From positions 310,001 to 374,000 of the forward strand of contig SMSO01000035.1 in assembly GCA_004764695.1 (NCBI GenBank): a stretch of DNA of 64,000 nucleotides, written 5' to 3'. The notes below the pieces were generated by a model. That model ran no database searches. It was not told the origin of the DNA and was given only the letters and a program-made list of their open reading frames with translations. The position numbers and the translations under genes were made by a program. Origin of the DNA: Schizochytrium sp. TIO01. Lineage: Eukaryota; Protista; Bigyra: Labyrinthulomycetes. This document shows, piece after piece, positions 1 through 11,131 of this stretch. Numbering within the stretch: the stretch's first letter is position 1; every line of letters begins with the position of its first letter.

Positions 1-495
1 GAAATTACATGATTTATAATCTCTCTCGTCGTTAGATTTTCTTTGAAACCTTCGCTACCCAGATTTGGAGTTGCCGGGGCGCTCGGAAAGCTTAACTAGG
101 CTGGTGTGTGGATGATGAGCATTGTTGAGACTCGAGAAACAGCAATTTCCTTTGAAACCTCTCGGGGTTCAAAGGCAATGTCCCGTAGGTGAACTTCGCA
201 GCCTGTTACATTGCTCGCTACCTTTACAAGTAGACAATCACCATTTGTCATCTATAGAAAGAGAAATCGGGAAAGGGACTTCATTTTATTTTTTTTCCTA
301 AAACATTAGTTTGCGCCAAGGGCAGACATTTTCAAGCACTTTCCAGATATCCAGGCTTGCTGTATGCTTGACAATCTCGGCAGACAATGATGAAATCTAA
401 CTCGTTGAATTTGACGAATCTTACTTTTCCTAATACACACTTGAAAGACAAGTAAAACGAGCATCATTATATGGAATGAAATTGCAGCAAGACGA

Positions 496-519
496 GAAAG
501 AAAGAAAGAAAGAAAGAAA
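496..519. repeat. (GAAA)6 microsatellite
   Basis: Direct reading: six tandem gaaa units. Confidence 0.9.
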
Positions 520-1199
520 AATGGTACCTAGTACCTAATACGTAAGGAGAAAGAAAGAAAGACATTTTAAAAAAAGAAACGAAAAGAGTGAGAGGTAAGA
601 GTTGACCAGACTGTCCGCCTTGCGTAGGTGCGACAACATTTGCGTGCCGTCATTGCATTAAAAACTATGAACTTAGGCTAATTGGAAGGTATAACAGTAG
701 ATGAGCAAAATATGTGTTGGGCAACATTTGTGCGTTAAATCGGACCCAATATCTACTAACCTCTCATCATGAAAGGGATGTGCAATTGGACATAATTCGC
801 ATGATGCGGAGTGATCTCGAATGCAAACCACTTTCTTTGTGAGCTCCGAGAAGGTTTGGTTGTTTGCGGGAATCCTGCATTGCAGACTCTACCTTGAGGG
901 TCGCGCACGAACAGCACTACATACTAAACAACGTTGCGTGGAATATTGCGTACTACGGCTATATGTTTTAAAGAACGGGGTATCAAGGATAAGAACTACG
1001 TTACAGTATCTTGCTATCGCAGACACACAGTCTGCGTAAACTTCAAGCTGCAAACAAGCAAACCATATACAAAATTAGCCTGGAAATAAACTAAGGAAGG
1101 CAGCTTGTTCGGATCTGCAGCGCAGCATTTCACATTGTCCTCTCTCTACACATAAACTCTTTTCGATCGCATCATCAAGAATTGCAAGGATATCTGCCC

Positions 1200-2693
1200 A
1201 TGGCCCGAGGAGCACATAATGGTATTGCGGTGGCGACAGTGTTGTTATTGACCTTGCTTTCAAGGCCCGTCAGAGGTTCCTACATACTAGACGAACACGG
1301 CAATCAAACTTTGGCCTCATTTGAATCGCCAAGGTTTCAATTTAGCCCTGATGCAGAGGGACAGTTGGGGGTCTTAGTAGGATTTAATACTTCTTGGTGT
1401 GAAGATGACTGCACAAATTTGCCAGAAAACTTCACAATGCCATCTGAGCCAGCAATCATGCTCCTCAACAGTTTTAGCTCTACCTGCTTCTTTTGCGGAT
1501 ATGCTAAACTTGCACTTATGGCACAAGAACTTGGTGCCATCGGCCTTTTACGCATAAGCGATCGTGTTCCAGGTCACGAATCTCGTGTCATCCAAAACCA
1601 CGAATCATGGGACGAAGCTCGAGAGGCAGAAGCTTTAGCTATGGAATTTTCACGTGAAAAAAAGGAATTGCTTAAAGTGGGTTCCTATGTGGAGCTTTGG
1701 AGTACAACAAACCCGTGGGTTGAAATGTATAACTCAGGATGGATCGCTGTGCAAGTACTCACAGGAGGAGCTAACCTGTTTGTTTCTTGTTGGGGAATAA
1801 TGAGACTTTTATCATTAAAGACAGCGACTCGTTTTCACAATGCAATCCTTTGCATTGCCCTGGAGGTAGTTGCTTCCTTGCTTCGAACCTTTTATTGCGC
1901 AACTGACCCAACTTGGAGTCGTGGAATTTTGACTTACTCTCAAGGGCGCTTCTTCATGACAATCAGTATTCCAGTGAGCTGGCTAGGCTCTACTGTTCTC
2001 TTCTTAGCATGGGAAGACCTCACCCAAGCCACACTGAAGCTCCGCACACATGGCAAAGCGACCCTCTCGAGTCGTGGACGAATCATATTTGTTACGTTTG
2101 CAATTTGTTTTTTTGTTGTAGATGTCACTCTTACCGTTGTTGCTGCCTATCGAGGTGTAGTGTTAGCTGAAGTTGCTCCCATCATGATGGGTATTGTAAA
2201 CCTCATCGTGGCAATCATGTTTATGGTTGCTGGTTGGCGCTTTACAAGTATGCTTCGCTCCATTAAACGCACAAACCAGTCCCGATCGGCAGACCCAACA
2301 CCGTCTGAGATCGACGCTATGCGCTGGCAGACGCGTTTCATGGAGTTCTGGACCTCGAATGATCCCTCTTTAAAGATGACTCGCAAACTAGTCAATACGT
2401 CTATCCTTATGTTGATCTCGACAGTGACTATCATTTTGTCAGGTTCAGAAGTGTCTTATACCCCGCTTGGTCGAGCTTTTATTCTTTTTGTGACATTCAT
2501 TTCTTTAGCAGGCCAGTCTATGCTTAAAATTTCTGCTTTCCGTTCTGGTAAAACACCATCCTCGTCTACTGCGAATGATGATACGAACCGTGATCCTACT
2601 ACCAAGGCATATGTCTCGCGTTCGAACAACGAGGATTACGGGTTGTCAATGGAGTCCTATTCAAGCAAGAAGGCAGTCGTCGCAGTTGCATAA
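1200..2693 (+). CDS. Signal peptide + PA (protease-associated)-like ectodomain + 7TM receptor-like membrane protein, 497 aa
   Basis: First ATG is at 1200 (the ORF track starts at an upstream TTG). Signal peptide MARGAHNGIAVATVLLLTLLSRPVRG. PA-like motif 'IMLL...TCFFCGYAKLALMAQELGAIGLL'. Sequons NQT, NTS, NFT. Seven hydrophobic segments, a long loop between TM5 and TM6, and a Ser/Thr-rich tail. Confidence 0.75.
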   Translation: MARGAHNGIAVATVLLLTLLSRPVRGSYILDEHGNQTLASFESPRFQFSPDAEGQLGVLVGFNTSWCEDDCTNLPENFTMPSEPAIMLLNSFSSTCFFCGYAKLALMAQELGAIGLLRISDRVPGHESRVIQNHESWDEAREAEALAMEFSREKKELLKVGSYVELWSTTNPWVEMYNSGWIAVQVLTGGANLFVSCWGIMRLLSLKTATRFHNAILCIALEVVASLLRTFYCATDPTWSRGILTYSQGRFFMTISIPVSWLGSTVLFLAWEDLTQATLKLRTHGKATLSSRGRIIFVTFAICFFVVDVTLTVVAAYRGVVLAEVAPIMMGIVNLIVAIMFMVAGWRFTSMLRSIKRTNQSRSADPTPSEIDAMRWQTRFMEFWTSNDPSLKMTRKLVNTSILMLISTVTIILSGSEVSYTPLGRAFILFVTFISLAGQSMLKISAFRSGKTPSSSTANDDTNRDPTTKAYVSRSNNEDYGLSMESYSSKKAVVAVA

Positions 2694-3323
2694 ATACTGC
2701 CCACAGTTTAATTGCAGGTGTGTCATCTCTCCAACGCTTCCTCAACATATGTTTCAAGAGCTACTCTGATAAGTAATCCTGTTAGGTATCGTCACGGTTT
2801 CTGCCACCGCTGTCATCATCGTTTTTGTTGTGTTGCTGTCAAATTTTAAAGAATAAAATTTTAATACCTCTCTATGAATCTTCTTCAACTCACATTCCTC
2901 ATTTTATCCTAAATTAGATCTCTACGCAGGTAATTTAAGGTTTGTAAGGCGTAATTCGGTTTTAGTCCAGGGCACCTTTTTATCTTCTTGAAAATGAAAT
3001 ATATCAAATTTCATCAGTCTGATCATAGAGAATGACTCTTGCATTATCAGTTTACAAAGAAATGTAATAGGTAGGTATGTCGGTAGGTATACAGGTAGGT
3101 GTAGCTTTCATCAGGTATTCATCAAGTTCTTTTACGGGCAAGCAAGATAAACGCCATGTATGGCGCAATTGGGTTTGACTCTAAAAAAGGGTAGTATAGT
3201 TGATGATCTGTGGTGATGGTAGTGACAACAAGAGAAAATTATAAGGTTTTTTGTTATGGATATTTCGCAAAGACACATGTTTGAAAGCCTGTTAAAGGAC
3301 TTGAATCGAAGATTGCATGAATT

Positions 3324-3449
3324 TTACTTCTTCTCAGCAGCAGGGGCAGCGGCAGGGGTCTCAGTCTTCTTCTCCTCTGTTGCACCAGCGGCGACGACGG
3401 CATCAGCCGGCTTCTCGCCGTCGGCCTTCTTGCTCTGGATGCAGCCCAT
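3324..3449 (-). CDS. 41-aa putative N-myristoylated/palmitoylated microprotein MGCIQSKKADGEKPADAVVAAGATEEKKTETPAAAPAAEKK
   Basis: Translated by hand (below the ORF-track cutoff). Strong start context CAAGATGG. MGCxxS-KK acylation motif. All 7 Lys codons are AAG and all 5 Glu codons are GAG. GC-rich island in AT-rich flanks. Confidence 0.8.
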   Translation of the reverse strand: MGCIQSKKADGEKPADAVVAAGATEEKKTETPAAAPAAEKK

Positions 3450-6400
3450 CTTGAAGATACACAAAGGAACTTAAGTCGTTCACGTCTGTAGTTGCTCTGT
3501 CCTTATAAGTTTAGAATTTGCTTCGCACGCAAGTTGCAGATTTGCTGCTCAGCTTTGTCACTCTGCAAGAAACCAGATGGCCACTACTACTAACGTTTCG
3601 CATAATAATCCATTAACCAAACAAGCAAATGTTAGGGGAAACTAGAAAAACGTTGTTTATTTAATTAAATTAAAAAAAAAAAATTAAGATAACTTCTTTT
3701 CTTCCTCTATTAGTTTGCTCTCTGCTACAGATATTTCATGGCAAAGTGATTGATTACACGCAGTAGCATTGTCAGCTTATGCTTTTCCACTTCTGCAGCG
3801 ACTAACACCACTCCTACTCCTTGCACGACTCACCAGTCAGTCAGCAACTTCTTGCCTCCTACCATCAACGCAAAAGTAATTGTTTTTTTCTTTTCTTCCT
3901 CTCAATTCAGATCGTGACTGTCTGTATTGAAAAGCTCCATAAAACGAAAAGCCTAGAGGGACAGGACCACAGAGTCTCTGGGGCTGCGAAGTTGTGTAAA
4001 CAAGCACTGAAGAAGTTGGGAGGCGAAGGTTTTGCTCGTTTGCACATCCGACTGGCCACCGGCTGAGACCAGCTTGGAGGTGATTCTCCCTTACACTATT
4101 TCTGTCTGATTCTATTTCTTGATTGTCAAAGGTCAGACTCCTACTCTGAACTTGAAACTCCTTAAGTAGGAATAGACCCAACCTAGTAAAACTTAGAATT
4201 TTAAAATAGAAGTTTTGGTGGAGACCACCGTTGGACCTGGGGGTGTGTGCTAGAAGGTGTGCACTGCTAGTATTCGAGGTTAGCATCACTATGGCAAAAG
4301 ATTCTAATTAGAGTTGTGGATAGTCAACTGCTAGTAGACGCGTCGCCAGGGCACTGGGTCTTGGACTTAAAATACTCAATGAATTAAATGATTCTAAAAA
4401 GTTCTTCATCCTGGATTTTTGCTGCAGGGCTCTGAACCCTGCAAGTTCGTAGGTCGTCATCATCTTCACATAATTAGCTTGCTGTGCGCGGAGTTATACG
4501 CTCGATCGTTTGCCACGTTCTCGTTGACCGCACGCCAGTTTTTGGCTGGCTGTCAGAAAGCTACTATACCCACCCGAGGAAGCAAACAAACGGTGGTTGG
4601 CGAGCTAATTCAACTCAGTTGCAAAGTTCCTGTTGTGGTGGCTCAATCTCAAATTTTTAGGGAAGGATCAGAAGATAATTAATTGTTTATTTGTAAGTCG
4701 CAGCTCAGAGAACTGTTTACTACGGGTGATAGTAAACTAATAGTACAAGTTTGCGTGTAGCATAAATGTATCACCGTCCAAGCTTAAAGGAAGATGGTAG
4801 GTACTAGATAGTAGGTGCAAACCTGCCGCTTGACTGACGATGCTAGCAACCTACTCACGCTGCACCCCTACATTCTTAGATGATAGGTCGTCTGCCAAGG
4901 CAGAGTGCCACGCTCATCTTGTCCTGTTTTACGTTGAAAGTGGCCCAAGCTTCAGGATTGTTAGCTTGCCAGGGTGTCCAGGCCAAGGCTTTCTCCAAGT
5001 CTTACAGTGGCCATGAAGACAACTTGAACTGAGCTGTGTGTGCTGTGGCAGAGACTGAGGCACTAGGTACTTATTGTTTGCACGTGCCGTGTGGAAAGCC
5101 TCGAATATACTTAATTGAAGTACCCGCCCGGTTGCTTGGAGGGCACTGAAGTTGTACCACTACATGATGCACAATACTAAGGACTTGAAGTTGTAAACAA
5201 AGTCAGGCAAGCCCGTGATCCACTGCAATAGGTAAGTTCCACCAGCCAATGGCCTTAATTATATATTTATATTTCAGATTTGAGGTTTTCACGCGCTGAG
5301 GCCTCGGATCGATTGCAATCCAACCACCGTTCTAGGAAATACCTTTTCACGTGCAATTATAGGAGTCTCTCCCCTGCTTGGCCTATTTAGTGTCCTCATA
5401 GGTATCCCAGGAGCATGGATGTAAAGCAATCGTGCCAGAGCTGAGCGAGTGATAGAACGGGCAAGCGGGCGAGCGAGTGAGTTGATCTTGCTCTGCATCT
5501 TGAATTTGTCCAATATCATGTACCTACCATATCTACCATACCATGCCAGAGTCGGAACCACGTAGACAATTTTCCACCAAACTTGTTAATGGTTCCTTTC
5601 GCATAGATTGGGCCCTGCTTCACGCTGGGGAATCAGCTTCACCTGTTGCGACTTGGAAATTTGTCAATGCTTTTAGAACCGATCATTGGTAGAGTTTCAG
5701 GTGCGACGCGGTGCGTAGCGCAGTGCTCCAGGTACTACCACTGGTTAGTTTGCTACTGCGAACCTCAAAAGCTACATAGCATCATGATACATGAGTGTGC
5801 GAAGCACCCACAAGAGCTGTAGAAGCGGATTACTGAAGGAAGTATTAAAAGAAGATCCAAGGATTCCTCCACAAATATATAGTTAGTTAGTATCAGAAAC
5901 AGCGGAATACCAAGAAACATTTGTCACATGGAAGTGCTTGATTAATAACTACGATGCAGCAAGATCTTTTCATCGGAATATTGCTTGTTGTATTTTTTTT
6001 GTAATGCTCAGTGTCGGCCCGAAAGAACAGGGGAAACTATACGAATAGATACACTCGGGCTTGGATGACACGAAAAATTTATTCGAGACCGGCTGGTTTA
6101 GAGACTTTTGGATCAAGAAACGGAATATTTGATAGTTTCCACTAAATAACTGAATGGGACGCCAAGATACTTTGAGGAATAGTGATATTTTTCCAAAAGT
6201 CCCAACTCAAGTTATTCTGTGGCAAGTACTAAAGGTCCAATACTCTGCCAATAAATTCCAACAGATAGTTGCGCGATCCCTTGTAGAAACCTAGGTAAAT
6301 ATTTGCGTCTAAACCCTAACAAATACTGGAACTTGAGCCACTCATAACATTCTTCTCTTCTCGAAATGTCAATGTCCCAGCACCTTACAAAGAATCTAAA

Positions 6401-7640
6401 AATCCCAACTTCCTCGGATTTGACCCAAGCCCAGGGTTATAGAAATCTGCCTATTGCACAAACTAAGAGTCTTGGACTATGGTTTTTGCCATCTAGGTCC
6501 TATACCTAGTAGTATGCGTTTTAAGAATGGGTTCTGCAAACCTTTGCACGTGCTTCTTCTTCCTGGTGCCGGACAGGCCGAGGGTCCGGGCCGCGATGAA
6601 TCGATACCAAAGCATCAAGAAGCAACAAGAGTCTCTAGAGAGTGATTGCTCAGGTACTCGAGAAGTGACTCATTGGTCGCTTGTTGCAGTAGCGTAGTAG
6701 TTTAACTTTAGCCTGATGCTGGACTTGCACACACCCAAGTGGACAAAATGACGACTAGAGCACGTTCCAAGCCGTCTATTGTTCAAGAATTAAGAGCTCT
6801 GTTTCTGGACATTCACCTTTCAAACTTAGATACCTAGGCGCCTACCCCGAGACCTTCTCATCAAGAGTGAAGCTCCTTGCGAAGTGGCCTCATTTGCTTT
6901 CGGGTTTTGCAACCCCAATCGGGTCTCTGACGAAATAGGTAATACGGACCCCTTTACTTCTGAATTGTGTACGCGATATTCTTAATCAAGAAACTTTACT
7001 ATTGACAACACTTCGATGAGGTCTCACTGCTGCTTGCTTCGTTGAGGCCGATGCAGCTGCAGAAAGTAGAGACTAATGCAGCACAAGGTACCTATTAGAT
7101 AGTAGACCAAACAGACCGGAGCTTAGGTAATCTTAAATGTGTAGAAACTAATGAAAGTGATCTTGACCGCTCCGGACACGCAGGTCGCCACCCTCAACAA
7201 AGCAATCGCCATGACAAGCTCCCACCAACCTGTGTCGTCATGGTAGCAGAGAAACTTTCGACGCCTTCACCGCAATCAAATGGGTCGGGCTCTTCCTTGG
7301 CTCTTCCTGGGCTTGGCGATGGACATCGATGACGATCTCAAATCTTGCGTTCAACTTGTGGATTGTAGCGCCATTATGCAGATGGGGTCGCCAGGATTTT
7401 GATTGCACTGGTCCATCCTTTCCTTCACTCATTCATAATTCCTCAGCGATGCTTGCCTTGGCCAGGAAACCTCATTTGCGCTAGGCCTCACACGTCACAA
7501 CCTTGGCTGCCTGCTGGTTTCGACCTCGTTTTGGCAGACCTCAAGTAAGACATGGGATCTGAGCTCAGTTGATAGACGTCAGCGTTTCAATCGTGGCTGA
7601 TGTGATGTGCACCGTGAACTGAGAAGTGTTAAGTCTTTGA

Positions 7641-7674
<34 letters not shown>

Positions 7675-7675
7675 G
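7641..7675. repeat. (TGT)~12 microsatellite
   Basis: Direct reading; it accounts for the spurious poly-Leu and poly-Asn ORFs here. Confidence 0.9.
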
Positions 7676-7921
7676 AACTTTACATACCTATTAGTATTGT
7701 TTACCACCGCCAAAGTGTTCACTCTGCTGCATACAAAAGTAGGAGTGCGCACTGTTCTGCTGGACCTTGCTAGAGTGGCTGCAATTGCTGCAGTACTGCA
7801 ACTCGAGGCGGCCGCAGACACTCTGTCCTTGCGTTAGGCTTCTTGCACTCGTCCTTGGGCTAGGCTTTGCTTTGCGTGCTAGAGGAGGCTTTGTGGGTCT
7901 TTGGGTTCGAGTCGAGGCAAG

Positions 7922-8443
7922 ATGGGTGATGACGATGGCTCGAAACGCAGACCCTGCTCTCTCATCTTCTTGACGGTCTTCTCATACCTGACGCTTTTCG
8001 CAGCTCTGCTGAATGGCGTCAGCTATGTGATTGGACTGATTGGTTCCGCCAAAATGTTTAAGAGTGATGCTGGAGATGCATGGTATCTCTTTTTCCTCAA
8101 CCTTTATGGTCTTCTTTTCGCAATTGGGCTTGTGTTCATTGAAGTCCGCTACAAAATCTTTTATGATCATTTCCCCGGATTCAAGAACTGGGTTATCCGT
8201 GGCTTCTACATTATTTTCGTAGGTATTCTCAGTCTTGGTCTGGCCACAGGATCGAACCCGTTCGAGGAGGGATCCACTGGATATGATGCCTGGGAGTCCG
8301 TTCGCAAGGCCTTTGCTTACATCCTCGTCGGTATAGGTCTCTTGTACATCCTTGGCGAGATCTTCTGCGTTCGCAAACATATGCAGAAAGTTAAGTCCAA
8401 CTATGTTGAGGACGGCTCTGTTATTCAGTCAAGCCTTGTTTAA
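7922..8443 (+). CDS. COPI-associated / Tvp15-like Golgi membrane protein, 173 aa
   Basis: First ATG at 7922. Four hydrophobic segments. Motif 'YGLLFAIGLVFIE...FPGFKNWVIRGFYIIFVGIL' resembles the COPI_assoc family (E...F.F...W..RG.FYIFVG). Confidence 0.7.
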   Translation: MGDDDGSKRRPCSLIFLTVFSYLTLFAALLNGVSYVIGLIGSAKMFKSDAGDAWYLFFLNLYGLLFAIGLVFIEVRYKIFYDHFPGFKNWVIRGFYIIFVGILSLGLATGSNPFEEGSTGYDAWESVRKAFAYILVGIGLLYILGEIFCVRKHMQKVKSNYVEDGSVIQSSLV

Positions 8444-9336
8444 GCAAGCCAATGCAAAATACAACTTTCTTTAAAGCTGAGGGTAATTTTTCTTTTACCT
8501 TTTTAAAAAAGAACCTCTGCTCTAAACCCTCCTCATGGCAAGGCCGGATTTGTCCCCTTCTTGCGCCACAATATATTGCGAACAAATCTCAGTTCTACCA
8601 ATATGTTTCTTCGGTTCCTTCGACAATAATACCAACGCTTCATGAAATTTCCCCCTCTTAACTCCCTAATGTTACTTTCTGTGTTCCATTTTAATGTCAT
8701 ATGTCTTCTCACTAAATATTCCAAATTAAAGTTGTACGTTTTAAGTGGTGTTTTGGTACGCAATATGCAAATTCGTTGGAATTCTACAATGTGTAACGCA
8801 GATTCAAGAACCCCTCTACCAGATCTCCACATCGAAAATTCGGACCCATCTCTTGTTACAAAAAGTTCTATAAAACCTCGACAACAAAATATAAAACATG
8901 CTTTTTAACTTCGTTGAAAGATGAGTCTAGTCGATTTTTACACACCGGCGGTCTCGATTTTAAGTCACCCCTTGTGGATAAGCCTGCAATATTCTGTCTC
9001 TAACGCGTTTTGCGATTGAAACTTAAACACTTCTGAAATCCAGATTTATAGATACAATGATAGTAGTATCCAGTACATTCTTAGGTTATTACTATTATTG
9101 ATAGGTAATACTAGGTATCTATAGTTACTTTCTTATTCTTTTACCTTTAACTTGTCTTTATTATAAACAGCATTCGTTGTCGCGGGTACCTTGGGGCTTT
9201 CGGGGGATGGTGAGCGAGGGATGCCAAGCGCTGTAAACCGGCAAGCCCTGAGCCTTGCAAGTGTCAACGCTGAAGTTTGACTTGCTGAGTAACTTGAGAA
9301 CGAGTTCTAACCAGCTAAACACTGTTGAAGTAGACG

Positions 9337-10311
9337 ATGTCAGCCCCTAGCAGCTCTGTGGCCATGCTGAGATTGGGCCAGCTACTTGTGGCAGCATGCA
9401 AGGACCGAGACTTGGACAGAATCAGGGAAGAGTTTGCTGCTGTTGATAAAGACTCTTCATACCATGAGGGAGCACGTGGAATGGGGAGTCATGAAAATAT
9501 GATGCACGATGGTAAATGTAAAACTGCGAATTCGCACCGAGATGAAAATCGGTTCTGCAATATTCTGCCCTTTGACGACTACTTGGCGCGGCTTATCGAG
9601 AGTGGCCGCTATGTCAATGCTTCAGTAGTCAGTCCACTTGAAAAAAAATTTATTGTTGCTCAGGGTCCACTTTTACACCCCGATACGCGAGAGGCGTTCT
9701 GGTCTGCAGCCCTGGCCAATGATGTGTCACTCCTTGTCAATTTAGCACCCTTCACGCGAGAATGTGGAGACTATATCAACCAGGGTCCATACGGAGAAAT
9801 AAAAGTCAAGGTCATCTCAGAAAGTCAGTATTACCCAGAATCGACAGAAATTGTCAACCGCACTCTGGAGGTATCAACAAATAATGACCGCCGTAATCGT
9901 TCTGTCGAACATCTTCAGTTCAATGCGTGGCCAAACTATGGAACGCCAGAAAGTGTCCTTTGCATGGTAGATGTAATTAAGATGGTCCTTCAACACCGAC
10001 GGGAAAGACCTGATTCTACCACCATGGTGAACTGCAGTGGGGGAGTTGGACGTTCTGGAACTCTTGTAACAATAGTATCTGTTCTAGAGCACTTCCAGCA
10101 AGAAGTGGAGGCAGGCAACTTAGATAAATACAATGTAGACAGCCCAAAACCTTTTAAGGAATTGGTCTCACTCACAATTAAATCTGCGATCGAAACTCTT
10201 CGTTCTCAACGGCACCCCTGGATGGTGGAGGGTTCTGAACAGTACAACCTCATTTACAAATCACTTCTGGCTTATGGAGAATTCCTTGTCAGCCAAAACC
10301 ACGAAAGTTGA
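9337..10311 (+). CDS. Classical (PTP1B-fold) protein tyrosine phosphatase with atypical catalytic loops, 324 aa
   Basis: Motifs ENRFCNILPFD (KNRY loop), YVNAS, FIVAQGPL, FW, WPNYGTP (WPD-loop position), VNCSGGVGRSG (P-loop CX5R), R..R..MVEGSEQY (Q-loop position). Confidence 0.92.
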   Translation: MSAPSSSVAMLRLGQLLVAACKDRDLDRIREEFAAVDKDSSYHEGARGMGSHENMMHDGKCKTANSHRDENRFCNILPFDDYLARLIESGRYVNASVVSPLEKKFIVAQGPLLHPDTREAFWSAALANDVSLLVNLAPFTRECGDYINQGPYGEIKVKVISESQYYPESTEIVNRTLEVSTNNDRRNRSVEHLQFNAWPNYGTPESVLCMVDVIKMVLQHRRERPDSTTMVNCSGGVGRSGTLVTIVSVLEHFQQEVEAGNLDKYNVDSPKPFKELVSLTIKSAIETLRSQRHPWMVEGSEQYNLIYKSLLAYGEFLVSQNHES

Positions 10312-10609
10312 TCCCTTAAATTAATAAAATAGTCATCGTACAGGTTTTGTATTGTATCGATACAGCAGCTACCCTAGTACGGCATCGATGGCATAATTCT
10401 GACTCTTCTTCTAGGTTGTTTAAAATAATAATAATAGGCCAAAAAAGACTTTCTGTCTAAACTTTTCAACCGAATTTGTTTCTGTTTTTAGTTTTAAAGA
10501 AATAATTTTTCTTGAAAATGCATTGCAAGACCAAGAATGCAAACCTCTCCATTCGCTATTGCCTCATTTCTCCTTCTACACCTCGTAGGCACGCAACAAA
10601 GTTCTCACA

Positions 10610-11131
10610 ATGCCTCTATTACTTCACAGTTCGCGCTCTCTTCTCCCTCTCCGTGGGCTTTTCTCCTCCCGTCTTCATGCTTTGCCTCGCCGGACATTTT
10701 CTGGTAGCCACGATGCCATGAAAACCAATCCTGCGTCTAGTCTTGAGCTTCCGTGGTCAAAGGCTTCTCCTGGCGGGTCGTGGTCAGTGGAGGCAACGCT
10801 GGTAGCATCTCCCGAGAGCGAGAACGGTGAAGAGCTTTCAGAAGTCCGCATGGAGCAGCTCGCAGACCTCGTTAACCTTGGCCTGCCAACCTCCGCTGCT
10901 CTCCGCGACGACCTTCGCAAGGATCTCGAATCAATCCTACGATTTGGGGATATTGTGACGGAGGCCCGAGCTGCACATAGAAATGATGGTCGGTCTTCTT
11001 CGCCAAGCTCTCACCAGATTACGCCGCTCAGAAATGACGAAGTTACCGAGGGCGGGAATAAGGATGACCTTTTGAGAAATGCAGCAAAGGCCGAAGATGG
11101 ACACTTTGTGGTGTATCAGAAACGTCCCTGA
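10610..11131 (+). CDS. gatC: Mitochondrial Glu-tRNA(Gln) amidotransferase subunit C-like protein, 173 aa
   Basis: Arg/Ser/Leu-rich, acid-free N-terminal transit peptide. GatC-like 'MEQLADLVNL...LRKDLESILRF' and C-terminal 'TPLRNDEV.....DDLLRNAAKAEDGHFVV'. Confidence 0.8.
   Translation: MPLLLHSSRSLLPLRGLFSSRLHALPRRTFSGSHDAMKTNPASSLELPWSKASPGGSWSVEATLVASPESENGEELSEVRMEQLADLVNLGLPTSAALRDDLRKDLESILRFGDIVTEARAAHRNDGRSSSPSSHQITPLRNDEVTEGGNKDDLLRNAAKAEDGHFVVYQKRP

Noticed and set aside
3837-4289. 150-aa minus-strand ORF
   Set aside because: No recognisable motif or coding-like composition; probably a chance ORF upstream of the microprotein.
7579-7973. Poly-Leu and poly-Asn ORFs
   Set aside because: Artifacts of the (TGT)n microsatellite in the upstream region of the Tvp15-like gene.
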